Of a DNA stretch of 64,000 bases, positions 63,519 to 64,000 are shown piece by piece; the first letter of the stretch is position 1; every line of letters starts with the position of its first letter. The stretch lies in sequence record PZ445428.1; one strand, written 5' to 3'. The DNA comes from a phage. A program made the translations under genes and the position numbers. A model generated the notes under the pieces. The model saw nothing but the letters and a program-made list of their open reading frames with translations, was not told where the DNA came from and did not search any database.

Positions 63519-64000
63519 ATGGCAAATGATGTTTTAGTACCTGATCTCATGTCTCCTGAAGGCATGGACGTAATTGAGGCTTATCTACAATGTGGTAGTG
63601 ATGTACGAATGGCCTCACGTACTCTTGGAATGTCGGAAATTGCATTCCGCGATATTATGAATCGTGGTGAGGTAAAGAATTATCTCAACGACATATTTAT
63701 GGAGAGTGGCTTCCGCAATCGTGACAAGTTATTTGGTGTACTCGATGAAGTCATCAAGCGCAAGTTGGAAGAACTCGAAGAAACTGGTATGGGATCTGAC
63801 CAGGATATCATGGATATTCTGTGGAAAGCCCATAAAATGAAGATGGAAGAAATGAAGATGATGGTAGAGCTGGAGAAAGCGAGAGCTGCTACACGTGCTC
63901 CTACTAATCAGACTAACATTCAGAACAACATTATTGCTGGCTCCGGTGATCAGAACTACATGGACTTAATTACTTCGCTAGCAACTGGAGGTAGAAAGTA
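63519..64000 (+). CDS. HTH DNA-binding protein, possibly terminase small subunit (3' end beyond window)
   Basis: AAGGAGG RBS; helix-turn-helix-like [16 protein letters not shown]; no stop before window end. Confidence 0.35.
   Translation, partial: MANDVLVPDLMSPEGMDVIEAYLQCGSDVRMASRTLGMSEIAFRDIMNRGEVKNYLNDIFMESGFRNRDKLFGVLDEVIKRKLEELEETGMGSDQDIMDILWKAHKMKMEEMKMMVELEKARAATRAPTNQTNIQNNIIAGSGDQNYMDLITSLATGGRK

Overview
The window reads as a T5-like (Demerecviridae-type) siphophage genome segment, in the reverse orientation of the conventional T5 map. From left to right: (1) a minus-strand block with a Sir2-like gene (partial) and anaerobic RNR nrdD; (2) a dense plus-strand early region with phoH, nrdA, a free-standing HNH endonuclease, nrdB, DHFR, thyA, RNase H, a NadR-like NMN adenylyltransferase/kinase and PnuC-like transporter, a GrcA-like glycyl-radical protein, dNMP kinase, Ser/Thr phosphatase, holin and L-Ala-D-Glu endolysin; (3) a tRNA island (about 30 tRNA genes, 23.9-32.3 kb) interleaved with small ORFs and ORF-free, promoter-driven RNA-like blocks; (4) a 1.6-kb non-coding repeat region (49.8-51.4 kb) with a 14-bp direct-repeat array, GAATG repeats and DnaA-box-like 9-mers, resembling an injection-stop/ori-like locus; (5) a compositionally distinct pre-early (first-step-transfer) module with A1-like and dmp-like genes; (6) an llp-like lipoprotein gene and a receptor-binding tail protein gene. 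About 25 copies of a conserved early promoter/leader cassette punctuate the early region. All calls are from reading the sequence and the ORF track; no database search was run. CDS coordinates follow the ORF track, with starts moved to the first RBS-supported ATG where noted. tRNA, promoter and terminator coordinates were placed by eye and may be off by 1-3 nt. The most likely candidates for a novel system are the 1.1-kb promoter-driven ORF-free RNA locus at 16.8-18.0 kb, the oversized tRNA-Leu-like gene at 30.0 kb, and the repeat-flanked pre-early gene block at 51.4-54.9 kb.
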